Positions 23,875-35,224 of a stretch of DNA of 64,000 nucleotides are shown piece by piece (the stretch's first letter is position 1; every line of letters begins with the position of its first letter). Origin of the DNA: Rhynchopus sp. YZ270_cl-10 (lineage: Eukaryota); NCBI GenBank assembly GCA_964035575.1, contig OZ037833.1, forward strand, positions 2,418,001-2,482,000, given 5' to 3'. The position numbers and the translations under genes are program-made. The notes below the pieces were generated by a model. That model was not told the origin of the DNA, ran no database searches, and worked only from the letters and a program-made list of their open reading frames with translations.

Positions 23875-25008
23875 AGAGAGCACCAACTATTCAACTTCAC
23901 CCCTTTCTTTTACCTACAAAAGCGTAGCTAAAAGGAGAAATAGTTTCCTCCGATACGGTCGCCCATCACCCCCTCCAACAGGGTAATTGAGCAATCAACG
24001 AAAAAAAAAAAAAAAAAATCTTTTTTTCCCTTTTACCTTACCCTATCAGAGTTACCTATTTCTTCTCCTCACGTAGAAGATGCTGCGGCAAACGCGGAGG
24101 CGTTTGTCTATTGAGGCCCTCTTTGTCGTCCGGCCCTAATCTACAGAGACATGAAATTCTATTGTGGGGTAAGATGCACGCAAATCCCCCCTTTTCCCCC
24201 ATACACATTTTTACCAATCAGTTATGGGTCCGTTTTGTTTTGTATTTTTTTATTGTGGAAAAAAATGTGTCTCAATTTGCTTGTTTCGCATTTCCACAGG
24301 GTGGGTATTGTTGCATCTACACCAGATATTTTTTTCCTCGGGAAAATGGCGGCCCAAAGAAAGAAGAAAATAATTGGACGCCAAGTTTCTTGGATTACTG
24401 TATCCCGAATAACATGCGTTGTGACAAGGAAACGAACTCCTGGCAACAGGAGTGTGGGACACCTTTGATAACGCTTTGTGGAAAATATCTGTATGCATAA
24501 TAAAGTCGCTCAAAACCGATTCCAGGGGGGTTCTGGGCACCTGTCGGGGCTCAAATGGTGTAGAACCCGAAAAAATGGCCGTGGAACTTTTGAGGGGGGG
24601 GTTAAAAAAGCGACCCATATTCATCTATCAACTTTTTCTCTTTGTATTTTTTTGTCTTTTCCTCAGGGAAGAGAGAGAGAGAGAGAGGGAGGATGTGGTT
24701 GTCTATTGTGGTTGTCTTACCAAAAAAATTTTTTGAATGCAAAAAGGCGCGTTCATCTCTTCAACTCCCCCTTTTTTTTTTGGGTGCACAAAAAGGAAAC
24801 AGCTTTTTGTTGATTTGTTACTTTCACAATCTGCGTGCGGACCCCTTGCATAATATCCGTACGTTGGTCAAAATTCTGATAGGAAAGAAAAGAAAAGACA
24901 TTGATTGGGTGATTCCCGAAGATGAGGAAAAATAAAGTGGCTGTTGTCAGGAAACCTGACAGTTTTTTATTGATAGGTGTTTGCACTATCAGCTTCACTT
25001 TTTTATAT

Positions 25009-25613
25009 ATATGGGTCGATTTCAAAACCCCCCCCCCCCAAAAGTTCTTTTTTGTCTTTTTCATGATATAGGCAGTTTTTTTGCAGTCTGAGGTCCGGAA
25101 CCGCCCCAAAAACGATTTTCTGGGAGGTTTTGGGTGGTTTTGGGGCGAAATGGACCTTTTTTGACCATTTTTATGGTATTTTTAGGCTGTTTTTGGCCCT
25201 TCTTCTTACACAGCCTATTGGGGGTCAAAATAGCTATTTTTGACCAAAAAACACAATTTATTTGACGCCAGGAGGCCTCCGTTGGCCCAAATATATCCCA
25301 AAAATGGGCTGTGAGCCCAATCCGACCTGTTTTGGGCACATTTGGCACTTTTCTTGGTGCTTATTTGATGTTTTTTGGTCAAAAATAGCTATTTTGACCC
25401 CCAATAGGCTGTGTAAGAAGAAGGGCCAAAAACAGCCTAAAAATACCATAAAAATGGTCAAAAAAGGTCCATTTCGCCCCAAAACCACCCAAAACCTCCC
25501 AGAAAATCGTTTTTGGGGCGGTTCCGGACCTCAGACTGCAAAAAAACTGCCTATATCATGAAAAAGACAAAAAAGAACTTTTGGGGGGGGGGGGTTTTGA
25601 AATCGACCCATAT
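25009..25613. mobile_element. Foldback element: about 245-bp inverted arms (25009-25253, 25369-25613), 115-bp spacer
   Basis: Arms are reverse complements (identical ORF translations on both strands); a related end ...aagcgacccatat lies at 24620. Confidence 0.9.
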
Positions 25614-26062
25614 GAACGTTTCGAGGGCCCAAACGACTCAACAAAAGGACCCAATTCAAGAGAGCGTTATTTTGTGCTGTTCTTCGTGTTGCTTTTTTTT
25701 CGATTCCGAATGGGGTTTTTGGGGTCACAACTTTTGGGTGGGTTTTAAAAAAATGACTGCGCTTTGATCTCTGTATGGTAACTAGAATACCTATGCGAAT
25801 TATTCTTTTGATTTTTTCTTCTTTTTCTTCAGATTTCATAAAATCAAGGAAAAAAACACTACGCGCATTTCAACGTCACCCTTTTTTTTTTTTTTTTGAG
25901 GATTTTTTTTCTGTGTGTTGTGTACTCTAGATCGTGGGTTTATCCTTTATTCCCTCCTCCCCTCCCCTCCCCTCTGTCTTTCCTACAAACCCCATTTTTT
26001 TCCTCTTAAACCCCTCTCTCTCACTTCATTTCAGGTTAATCAAAACAACTTTTTTTACCACA

Positions 26063-27118
26063 ATGTCCACTGTTCACACTATTCGTGGAAAGGATAGAGA
26101 GTCGACCTTTATTATCACAAAGGTTAATGAGACCGTGGTTGGTCTGCTGCAGAGGCAGGCTGATGGTGCGGAGGTGGTGCGCCAGGTGGCAGATGCGGGC
26201 ACCTTCTTAGTGCATGACCCTGAGAACAAAGCGCGCTATTTGGTTCCGTCGTACCTGGCGTTGGACACAGTGGGGAGGCGTGACTACAAGGAGAAGCGCC
26301 AATCCTTCCTGTGTATGTTGCATCACAAAGGCAGCTGCAGAGCGGGGATCTCATGCAATCAGCTGCACCTCCCCAACCCTCTGGTAGGAGGTCTTCGAGT
26401 CTTCGCTGCAGCGCAGGAAGGTGCCTATGTGGTTGCAAAGAGACAGAATTTTGTTGCCGCGCTCAACGTCTGGGACCCCAATGCAGAGCAAAACGTTGTC
26501 ATTGCTTACCATTTGACGCACTCCACCGCAGGACGCCATGCAAGCACCAAAGGAGCCTCCGTTCAACTCTGCCCCTTCCACATGGCAAACGGTTGCCGTT
26601 ACGGAGCAAACTGCAAAGGAATTCACACGAAAGCCTCCTACCAACAGGTCCGGAGGGCGAAGTGCTGTCCGGAGCATGAGGGAGTGCAGTGTGAGGTGGG
26701 ACCTGATATCATGATTACCGGCCAACAGGGGAGTTGCAGTAGTAAGAGCAGCAGCAGCAGCAGTGCGGGGGGAGTCTTGCTTGGTAGGGCAAGAATCTGT
26801 GCAACAAAGGGGTTGGAGAGGTTGCTGGGTAGACAGGCGGAGGAGGTGAAGGTGTGCAGAAGGCATCTGCAGGCACGTTGTGTGCACGCTGATTCATGCA
26901 ACAACATTCATGTCTGCAGAAAATGGTTCGGCGACAGCGCAACAACCAACGCTGCCTGCTACCTCGCAACCCCAAAGAGCCCCACCACCGCCAGTCTCCT
27001 CTCCCTCAGCACATCAGACACCTCCCACCTCGATCTCGAAGATGATGAAGTCCCTGCCCTCATCGAAGACCAACTGATTGATGATTGGGAATCTTCTCTG
27101 GTCCCTGCCGTTCTCTAG
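26063..27118 (+). CDS. CCCH zinc-finger protein (3x C-x7-C-x5-C-x3-H)
   Basis: CMLHHKGSCRAGISCNQLH, CPFHMANGCRYGANCKGIH, CRRHLQARCVHADSCNNIH; ACAATG start. Confidence 0.82.
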   Translation: MSTVHTIRGKDRESTFIITKVNETVVGLLQRQADGAEVVRQVADAGTFLVHDPENKARYLVPSYLALDTVGRRDYKEKRQSFLCMLHHKGSCRAGISCNQLHLPNPLVGGLRVFAAAQEGAYVVAKRQNFVAALNVWDPNAEQNVVIAYHLTHSTAGRHASTKGASVQLCPFHMANGCRYGANCKGIHTKASYQQVRRAKCCPEHEGVQCEVGPDIMITGQQGSCSSKSSSSSSAGGVLLGRARICATKGLERLLGRQAEEVKVCRRHLQARCVHADSCNNIHVCRKWFGDSATTNAACYLATPKSPTTASLLSLSTSDTSHLDLEDDEVPALIEDQLIDDWESSLVPAVL

Positions 27119-28157
27119 GTTATTCAAAAGGTTCACAGATGAGAACCAATCTTTTGCGTTTTTTATTCATTTAGGTGACCTTCATTTTAACCTTAGGAGA
27201 AGGCTTTGTATAGTAAAATTTTATCGGGGTGACGAAGCACGAGAGGCTTACGCTCATCTTTAAAAAAAACTGTTCTTTTTTCTTTCATTTCTGTCAAAAA
27301 AAAAGGTTGTGTGTTGGGGGGGGACAAAAAAAAAATGTGTAATGCTTTCCGAGCTTTTCTCGGAGGTAAAAAAAGGAGTGTGTTTGTATGTGTGTCCCTC
27401 CCCTACTTTTTCTCCCCTTTTTCCCTGTTTTAAACGTAGCGTTTTTCCAAAATAAAAAGCCATGAAAAATAATTACATTGGTCAGACCAGAAAGGTGTAT
27501 TTTGTTTCATCTTTTTTGAAGTCAGTCCAGACCTTTTTTTATGTGACTAAGCACAAGAAGCTTAGTTTCATCTTCCATTTTTTGATTTTTCTTTTTAATT
27601 GCCTTTTTTTGCTGCATCTGTCCCACAATACTCTTTTTAAAAGCATGTGCGACAATGACAGTGTCTGTGATGCGCCGTTTCCCCCCTTTTTTTTTGGGGG
27701 GGGTAATTTATTGTGGTACACAATCCGTCCTTTTTGTTTGGTGACAAAATGGGGCCTCTTTACTACAAAAAAAAACGAAACACTTTTTTTTAATACGATT
27801 TTTTTTTTTGCTTTTGCTGTTCCTATTTCCCTCTTGATTTTTCCCCCCCTCCCTGCTGTTTTACCAGATGTAACGAAATGAATGTAAGACTGCATGGTTG
27901 GGTGTCCACCTCCCGGTACACCCGGTCATACCAAAGGTACACTGTTAAGAGGGCTTTGTATTTCAACAGGCAACTTTTATTTTACCTCTCCCCTCAATTT
28001 TAGTTTTGCCGTGCTGCACATTTTGTTGATTGCTCAAAAAACATCCCCTTACGTGAAAGAAATTGAGGGGAAGATCGTTCTCTTATCTTTATCTCATCTT
28101 TGCCATCTTCAGAGACGAGGGTCGCATCGTCAGGAATACATCTTGAGTCTTTCTTTT

Positions 28158-28192
28158 AAGGTGACTAAGCACGAGAGGCTTAGGTTCATCTT
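28158..28192 (+). repeat. Type copy of dispersed hairpin family A (aaggtgactaagc-acgagag-gcttaggttcatctt); 20 or more copies in the window
   Basis: Copies at about 2128, 11426, 20499, 20829, 27228, 27541, 28158, 28895, 29950, 30414, 31558, 32025, 34337, 39075, 40602, 44199, 45298, 49843, 52325, 53036, 57518, 61547, 61628. Confidence 0.9.
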
Positions 28193-31100
28193 ATAAATTT
28201 TTCTTCTTTTGACAACAATGCGCACTGCTTTCTCTTCAGGGTGACTAAGCACTGAGAGGTTCAAGAGCATCTTTTCCCCTTTTTTAGAAAACGGTGATTT
28301 TTTTTGAAGTATTCGTCTCCAGTGCCCTGCGCTCCGCTGATGAACGGTGAGGCGTTTTGCACTTTTCAACTTCTTTTTGATTACCTGAAAGCACCTAGAA
28401 AAAAATCATTTCCCTTATTGTGGAAACGATGTTTGATGGATACGACAAACTCCATCTTTTAAATAATTTGTCTTTTAATCCTTTTTGGTTACGCTACACA
28501 GCAAAACAAGGAAGTGAGAACGACACGGTTCGGCCATAGTTGCCAGATTCCATTTGATCTGTTCAGGCTTCACTTACCAATGAGATTTTCCCCCTCCCCT
28601 CCCTCTTCCCCTCATATCTGCACCAAAAGGCAATTTTCATTCAAAGTTTTTCTTCACTCTTCCCCCCTTCCCCATTCACGCTTAACGCTTCACTTCTTAC
28701 TCGATTTTATTCCCTCACATTTCCCCATGCCCTTCGTACTTCACGGCAATCTGTATCAACAACAAATGAATTTTTTTTTAAAATGGTGCCAACAATACAT
28801 CATTCAAGCAAAGCTTTCAATTATATGGGGTCAAACAAAGGAAATGGTCACATACCATTGTTAGTTATTTCTCTTTCCTCCCCCTTTTTTCTTTAGGTGA
28901 CTAAGCATAGGTTTAGGTTCACCTTACATTTTTTTTCTCTTTTTTTAAAAAATCCCCTTCTGAACACAGAAAGGGATTTGATGTTCCACGGTGGAGCACC
29001 TCCTTTCACAATTATTTTTATTATTTTTTTTTTGAAAATGAACGAATTTGAAAATATCAGACGATTTTAAACCACTCTGGGGTTTGACAGTACAAAGGAA
29101 CACTTTGTGATTAACACGGTTCATATGTGAGGCTATGTACAATGTTGATTGACTCTACATACAAGGAGAGACCTGCTGGGTTGCAACCTAACTATGAAAA
29201 AATAATTCTGTGGAGTCAGAGACGGTGCTCTACCGCATGGTCTGTGTCAGGTCTAAATCAAAGCAAAAAAAAATACTACAAAAAACAAAACAAAAAAAAA
29301 AACCTGGTACAGATCTCAAAGAAACACAGAGTGTTCCTCAATTCCTTGATTCCCCTTGACACTGCACTGCGTGCCTGCTTTTTTATTTTTGTTTTTTTTT
29401 ATATTTCATGGATGACCAATCACTGAGCAGAGAGGCTTAGAGATTCATCTCATAATCCTTTTTTTTTTATTTTTTTTCCTCTTCATCTTCACAGAAAGCA
29501 GCACTGCGCAATCCGATCATATCACCCCCTTCACTCCCCCCCTCCCCTTTTCAATGAACTCCCATGTTGTGGGTATTATATACCATCTTTTTTTAGCGTG
29601 TGGACTTTGTGTAAAGATATCCCCCCGTTTAGAAAATATGAGTGTTTCCTCATATTCTCTATTTAAAAAAAAGTTGCTCTTTAGGGTTCAGGACGGCCTA
29701 CGTCTATACCTTCTGCAGTACAAAGGCTTCGGCCAACTTTGAGTACAGAACTTTGTTCCGTTTTTGGAGCGAAGTGAATTGTCGACACAACAAAAAATCC
29801 CCCCCCAAAGTGCACGGAGTTTGATAACCCCACGGAGCGTCGGTGTTTGTATCTCAAAGGCGTGTTGCACTCTCAACTTCACTTTTTTTTAAATGATGGC
29901 GTGTTTTTTTGTGTTCCTGTGATGCTAATTCCATCTTTCCTAGCTTCAAAAGGTGACTAAGGGTTTGCGAGGCTTAGGTACATCTTATAAACTTTTTTTT
30001 TTGCAGATCTTTTGGAAGAGAAATAATAAGGACAGCCTCCACCTCGGGACTGTTGTTGTATTTTCCCTCCGAAAATCTCCCCTTTATCCTATATCATCCC
30101 ACAAAAAACCCCTCAAAATTTGTGAACGAAGAAAATGAATTGAGAAGCCTAGATCGGGAGAGGGGGGGGTTTTTTTTTGTGCGAAAACCTCGGCTTTCCA
30201 CAAATAAACTCATTTTTCCCCCTCACCCATTTCAGACTTTTTTGAGGAAATGTTTAACGAAAAAAAATTAATGGCGTGTTTGTAGCTTTGTCATGGTGGT
30301 TGTTGTTCATGGAAACAGCACACTTTGCTGACGATCCCCTACATTGTGATTTTTACATCATCGCGACCAAGAACGAAAAACAGATCCTCACTTTCGAAAC
30401 TCCTCCACCTTTTGGTGACTTAAGCATAAGAGACTTGGGTTCATGATATGTGTGTACGAAAGATATATTCATGACTACTCAACCGATTAATTAAGTACAA
30501 TAAAGCACCTTACCAATCCCCCTTTTTTTTCATTGAAATAAATCGTGTGCATAACTACATGCACATTTTTTCTTTTTTGCACAACTCAACTTTCACTTTT
30601 TTGGAGGGAAATTAACGTAGCACATATCAACACGTTGTTTATTTTGTCTCTTTCTTTCGTACGTAGGGTGTTGCAACAAATGTTCCATTTGTTTTGATTC
30701 CTATGTATTTTAATTTTTTTGCATCATTTTTTTTTTTGGTGGAAAACAAATAAAATAGGAAAGAAAAGAATGGAAAATATACTAGAAACGTTTGTTGTGT
30801 TATTGATCATTTTATGTTCCCCCCACCGCCACACCCCCATCATCCCCCTCCCCCTCCCAGTCTCATTTCACAAGGGTAAATCTTCCCTTTCGAGAAACTT
30901 CGAAGTATTTCAAGTACTTTTCAAGTTTCTTTTTCTATTACTCCGTTTTCTCCATACACCCTTTTTTCCCGTTTTATCTTATTTTTATTTTGCACGCGTG
31001 GTTTCTGTACATCTTTTTTTAAAAGTATCGTGTAACAACACATCCTTGTGTCCCGAGCACAAGAAAAAAACCCCTCCTTTGGGTGCCATTGAACACATCA

Positions 31101-34100
31101 CCCATGAGAGTCATTGTCGATGAACAACAATGAAGTAAGAATGACACGGTTCGGCCATAGTTGCCTGATGGCATCTGATCTGTGTTTTCCCCTTTTTTTT
31201 GCAAGATCTGTACTGTGTGTTAACTATGCGATTTATCCACTCCTTCAATTATCCATTTTATTTTGGGGGGAAACGACAAATGTGGACTCTAACATCTAAC
31301 TCACATTGTCGTAGTCCATTTTAGAGTTCACATTGTTTCCCCTTTTTTTTTTCTTTTCGTGAAATATGTATTGTATGTTAAGAGTCATACCATCTTTTCA
31401 AAATTTTGCCATTTTTTTTTTTTACCAGGATTTTTCTGTTTCCGGTTGGGATGACTACCGAAGCAGTATATTTTCTTCCTGCTATTTTTTTTTGAATGTG
31501 CACGAGAGTAACATTCATCAGTTTTTTTTTGTTTTTTAAATTCTGTTTCAATAAATCAAGGTGGCTAAGCGCGAGAGGCTGAGGTTCATCTTACAAAAAC
31601 GTCAATTTTTCTCTTTTTCCCCGCAATCTTACAGGGTAAAAAGCCCCCAAAAAAAACAACGAGAATCTCACATTAAATTCAAAAGGCTCTTGCCAATACC
31701 AGCAAAATATGCCAAAGCTATCAAGAAGGACTGATTTTACAGTTCTTCGACGTTGTGTGTCGTATTGACGTTATCTATGTGTGGATTGGTTGTGCGATTT
31801 CCCCCCGCAAGGCTCCCCTGTGTGATACTCAGCCATTTTTTTTTTCTCAAGGCTTTCTTTTTGTTTAAATGACTAACCACAGGAGGCTTAGGCACTCAAC
31901 TACCTGTTCTCGTTAGACACGAGAGGCACAGTCATCCGAGTTTTCTTTTCTTTTCTTTTCTCTTGACAGGTGTGTCGTGTGGGAACACCTCCCCAAGCAC
32001 CCAGTCAATATTAATTTTTTTTGTAAGATGGCTAAATCATGCGAGGTTTCGGCTCATCTTGCAAATTTTTTCTCTTTCTCTTTTAAACAAATCCTGTGTA
32101 GTTCGACTGCAACGCGAGAAGAACAACGTGGTGGAGGGGAGAAATGATTGTGTTGTGCGATCCATTGTACGAATGAACAATCTGTAGTTGATTATTGTTT
32201 TGATAAAAAAAAATGTTTCCTGCCACCATACGGCCACCACTAGCGGGTACAGGCAAAGTGTCAACATCACAGCACAAGGTTTAAGGTTGTACCTGCCTCC
32301 ATTTGAGACCACTCATTTACGAGGTTTTTTTTTTTCACCACAACCTCACCTTAAGATGCGTGATGTCTCTGTACGGACAAAAATCCAAAAAAAAAAGAAT
32401 TTTTTTTTCTCTTCTTCTCACCTGCATCCAGAGCTCCGGGTTATGTTAACTGTCTGTGTTTCCCCCCTTTTTTCTTTTTCTATTTCTTCTCAAAAAGATG
32501 TGTTGTGCCCCTCTCTTCCCTTCCCCCCTTGAGGCCATTCATCGATGGGGTTTCTGTTTTCTGTTTTTTGGCCCAAGACTGTCTTTCAATTTTCGGAAGC
32601 TCACATAAAAAGAAAGTTGGGAACATTGTTTGTTCCCTCTTCCTATGCTATCAATTCATTGAATGAATATGTTGAAATCCTTTTTGTGGAAGCTGACACC
32701 GCCTATTGTGCATCGGGGGCGGGCGGGTTGATTTAATTGTCAAAGAAAAGATGGGATAAGCAAGTGGCTTTGTTTTTTTAGTGTTGAGTTCTTAGCATTA
32801 AAAAAGTAGCCACTTCGTATCATTCTCCTCGTTTTAATAGCAAAAAAAACGAGAAACTACTAAATAAACAAAACAGAGGAGAGGACCCACCCTTTTCAAT
32901 ACAGAACATTCACACAACCCACTGATCACCCTTTCCATCTCTCTTTTTTTTTTGCGCGAGTGTAGCGTTTAACTTTGATAACAGTGTAAATAAACCAATA
33001 AATATCGGGATTTTCGACATTTTTTTGGTAACCGTGTGCATACCAATGAAGTGCTCTCTGGGGGGTTCGATAACCCGCAGAGAACCCGCCTGGGTCTGCT
33101 GATGAACGGGTGAGGCGTTTTTTTTTGCACTTTTCAACTTCTCTCTCTCTTTTATTTTATTTTATTCAGTGCCTGCGTCCGTATCCGTTACCGCATATCT
33201 GTGGTAACATCCAAACAGGCCAATTACAGTACTCCACATATGTCCAAAATCCCCACCAAACTTGGCCTTTTTGGACTACTGTCTGTCAAATAATACAGTG
33301 CACCATCTCCTAAGAACACTACCTTTTTCTTCACCCTTTTGTGCAGAATATTTTTATTTTGTTACACAGAACGATACGATTTTTAGCGGATTCAGCAGCC
33401 TTTTGGGCGACTTTTTTTTTTTGTGTACTGGACTCGTCCTAGGGGTGGTTTTGTCGATACTACAAAAAAAACAAAGAATACAGTGTTCCCATTTTTCCCG
33501 CTCGCCCCCCCTTCTTTGTCTTTGTTTTTGTTTTTGCTGTAGCAAAAACAAAAAACAAAAACGACAAAGTTGAAACAAACTTCTTCAAGCCCCCCTCTTC
33601 TTTTTGGTGAAGGGTGCCTCACCACCAAGAGGCTTCGACTCATCTTACTACCTTTTCCCTATAGGTGTGTACAACGAGGTGTATTCATCTCTCAAGTTTT
33701 TCTCGTCCCCCTCTCCCCCCCTTTTTTTTCTGGATTGTCGATTCTTCGGCCCAGGAAGTAGTTACCACTAAAAGCGGAAGGCTTTCGCTGGGGTGTGGAT
33801 TTTTTATTTATTTTGTAATCATTTTCCTTGAGGAAGTGTTTTCATTTTCCATTTTTTTTTTCTCTCGTGATTCCCATATAATAAAACACAAACCAACCCC
33901 TTGGGGAATATATTCCGTACAGCAGGAATCACCCAAACTGATTTTTTTTTAACACTCACCCCTCACTCTCTCGAGTTGTCGAATATCTGAAAAATAATGG
34001 AAACCCTTGGACAGCAGAGTTAACAGAGTAAATGTGGTGACCTCTCTTCCCCTTTGGTCTTTCATTTTTTTTGTTTAAACACAAGCCCAGATGGATTTCT

Positions 34101-35224
34101 TCGCTCTGCTGGGCAGAAAGATGAAGGCCAAAAGAAGTCGTTGTTAAACACATTATATTTTGGCGGTCTTTGTACAAGGATTTTTTTTTTCTCATCCCCC
34201 CCTTTTTTTTCTGATATGTGCACAGCGATGCACCTTTCAGTTGTTTTTCAATTGTGCTTACATCCGTTTTTTGAGTTCAGTTTTTGACTTATTTGAGATG
34301 TCTGCATTTTTTTTTTTAAAGTTCGTTTATTTCTCTAGGTGACTATGCATGAGAGGCTTAGGATCATCTCATCAAACTTTTCTCTTCGGTGACCGGGTCA
34401 ACTGAATAAGGGGAGACGAATTTTTGGTACACTATCACTCTTGCGGCGTCTCAGAGTGTCTCACAACGTCTTACAGGGTTTCACAGGATTCCCCTTATCA
34501 GATAGCCCTTTTCAGATGACCCAGTGACCGAGCGGAGTTGTCATCTCATCAAAAAAATCCTCCTTTTTTCTCACGCTGTTTACCAAGCCTTGGACACAAC
34601 TGATGTGTGTGTATCAACAATGAATCACATTCATCTTCAAAAACGTTGGGCCACCACCACAAAGGGCATCTGTAATTCTAAGTGATATAAACACTTTCGG
34701 ATATCCCTGATACCCCTAGGTGGTTACAGGTGGGCTCGTCCTCGTCCTCGTTGGTTAAGTTGGCATTTATTCCCTCCATTTAAGTTCTAACCCTCACTTT
34801 CCCACATTAGTTTCCCCTCCCTAAAAAATCCCTCCCTCCCCTGCCAGATTAATTTTAGCATCACATTTTTTTTCTCAAAAAAAAAGTTTTCCCCTTTGCT
34901 CTCTTGCATCAAGACTACGCGGCTAGACCCCACCCACACCATCCCCCTTTGTGCATCCCAATAATTTCACATTTCACTTCACCCTCCGTACATAGCACCC
35001 CTGGATGAAACGTTGTCCTCTGTGGCCTGCAAACCCGCAAACCTCTCTGAATCCACCTACAGCGACGGATTGCATGAAATTTGCAAGGTCTCTTCTCTGA
35101 TTTTTGTTGTTTGCATAAGAGAAGTGCTCTGACACTTGTACCCCCACCTTTGCTGTCACATCCTCACCTTCGCACTCCACCTACTCAACTAACACCACCT
35201 CCTCCTCCTCCACAGGCCCACAAA

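Noticed and set aside
28158..28198. H/ACA-like snoRNA reading of family A (ACA/ATA follows the stem)
   Set aside because: Too short, no pseudouridylation pocket, and only about 9 nt from the upper stem to the box rather than 14-16.
28321..28372. Hammerhead or C/D box reading of CTGATGA in family C
   Set aside because: No stem II plus GAAA and no D box; the motif varies to ccgatga/ctgatca in other copies.
27200..34400. CRISPR array interpretation of the ~35-nt hairpin repeats
   Set aside because: Spacing is irregular (tens to over 1000 bp), repeats are degenerate, there are no cas genes, and the context is eukaryotic.
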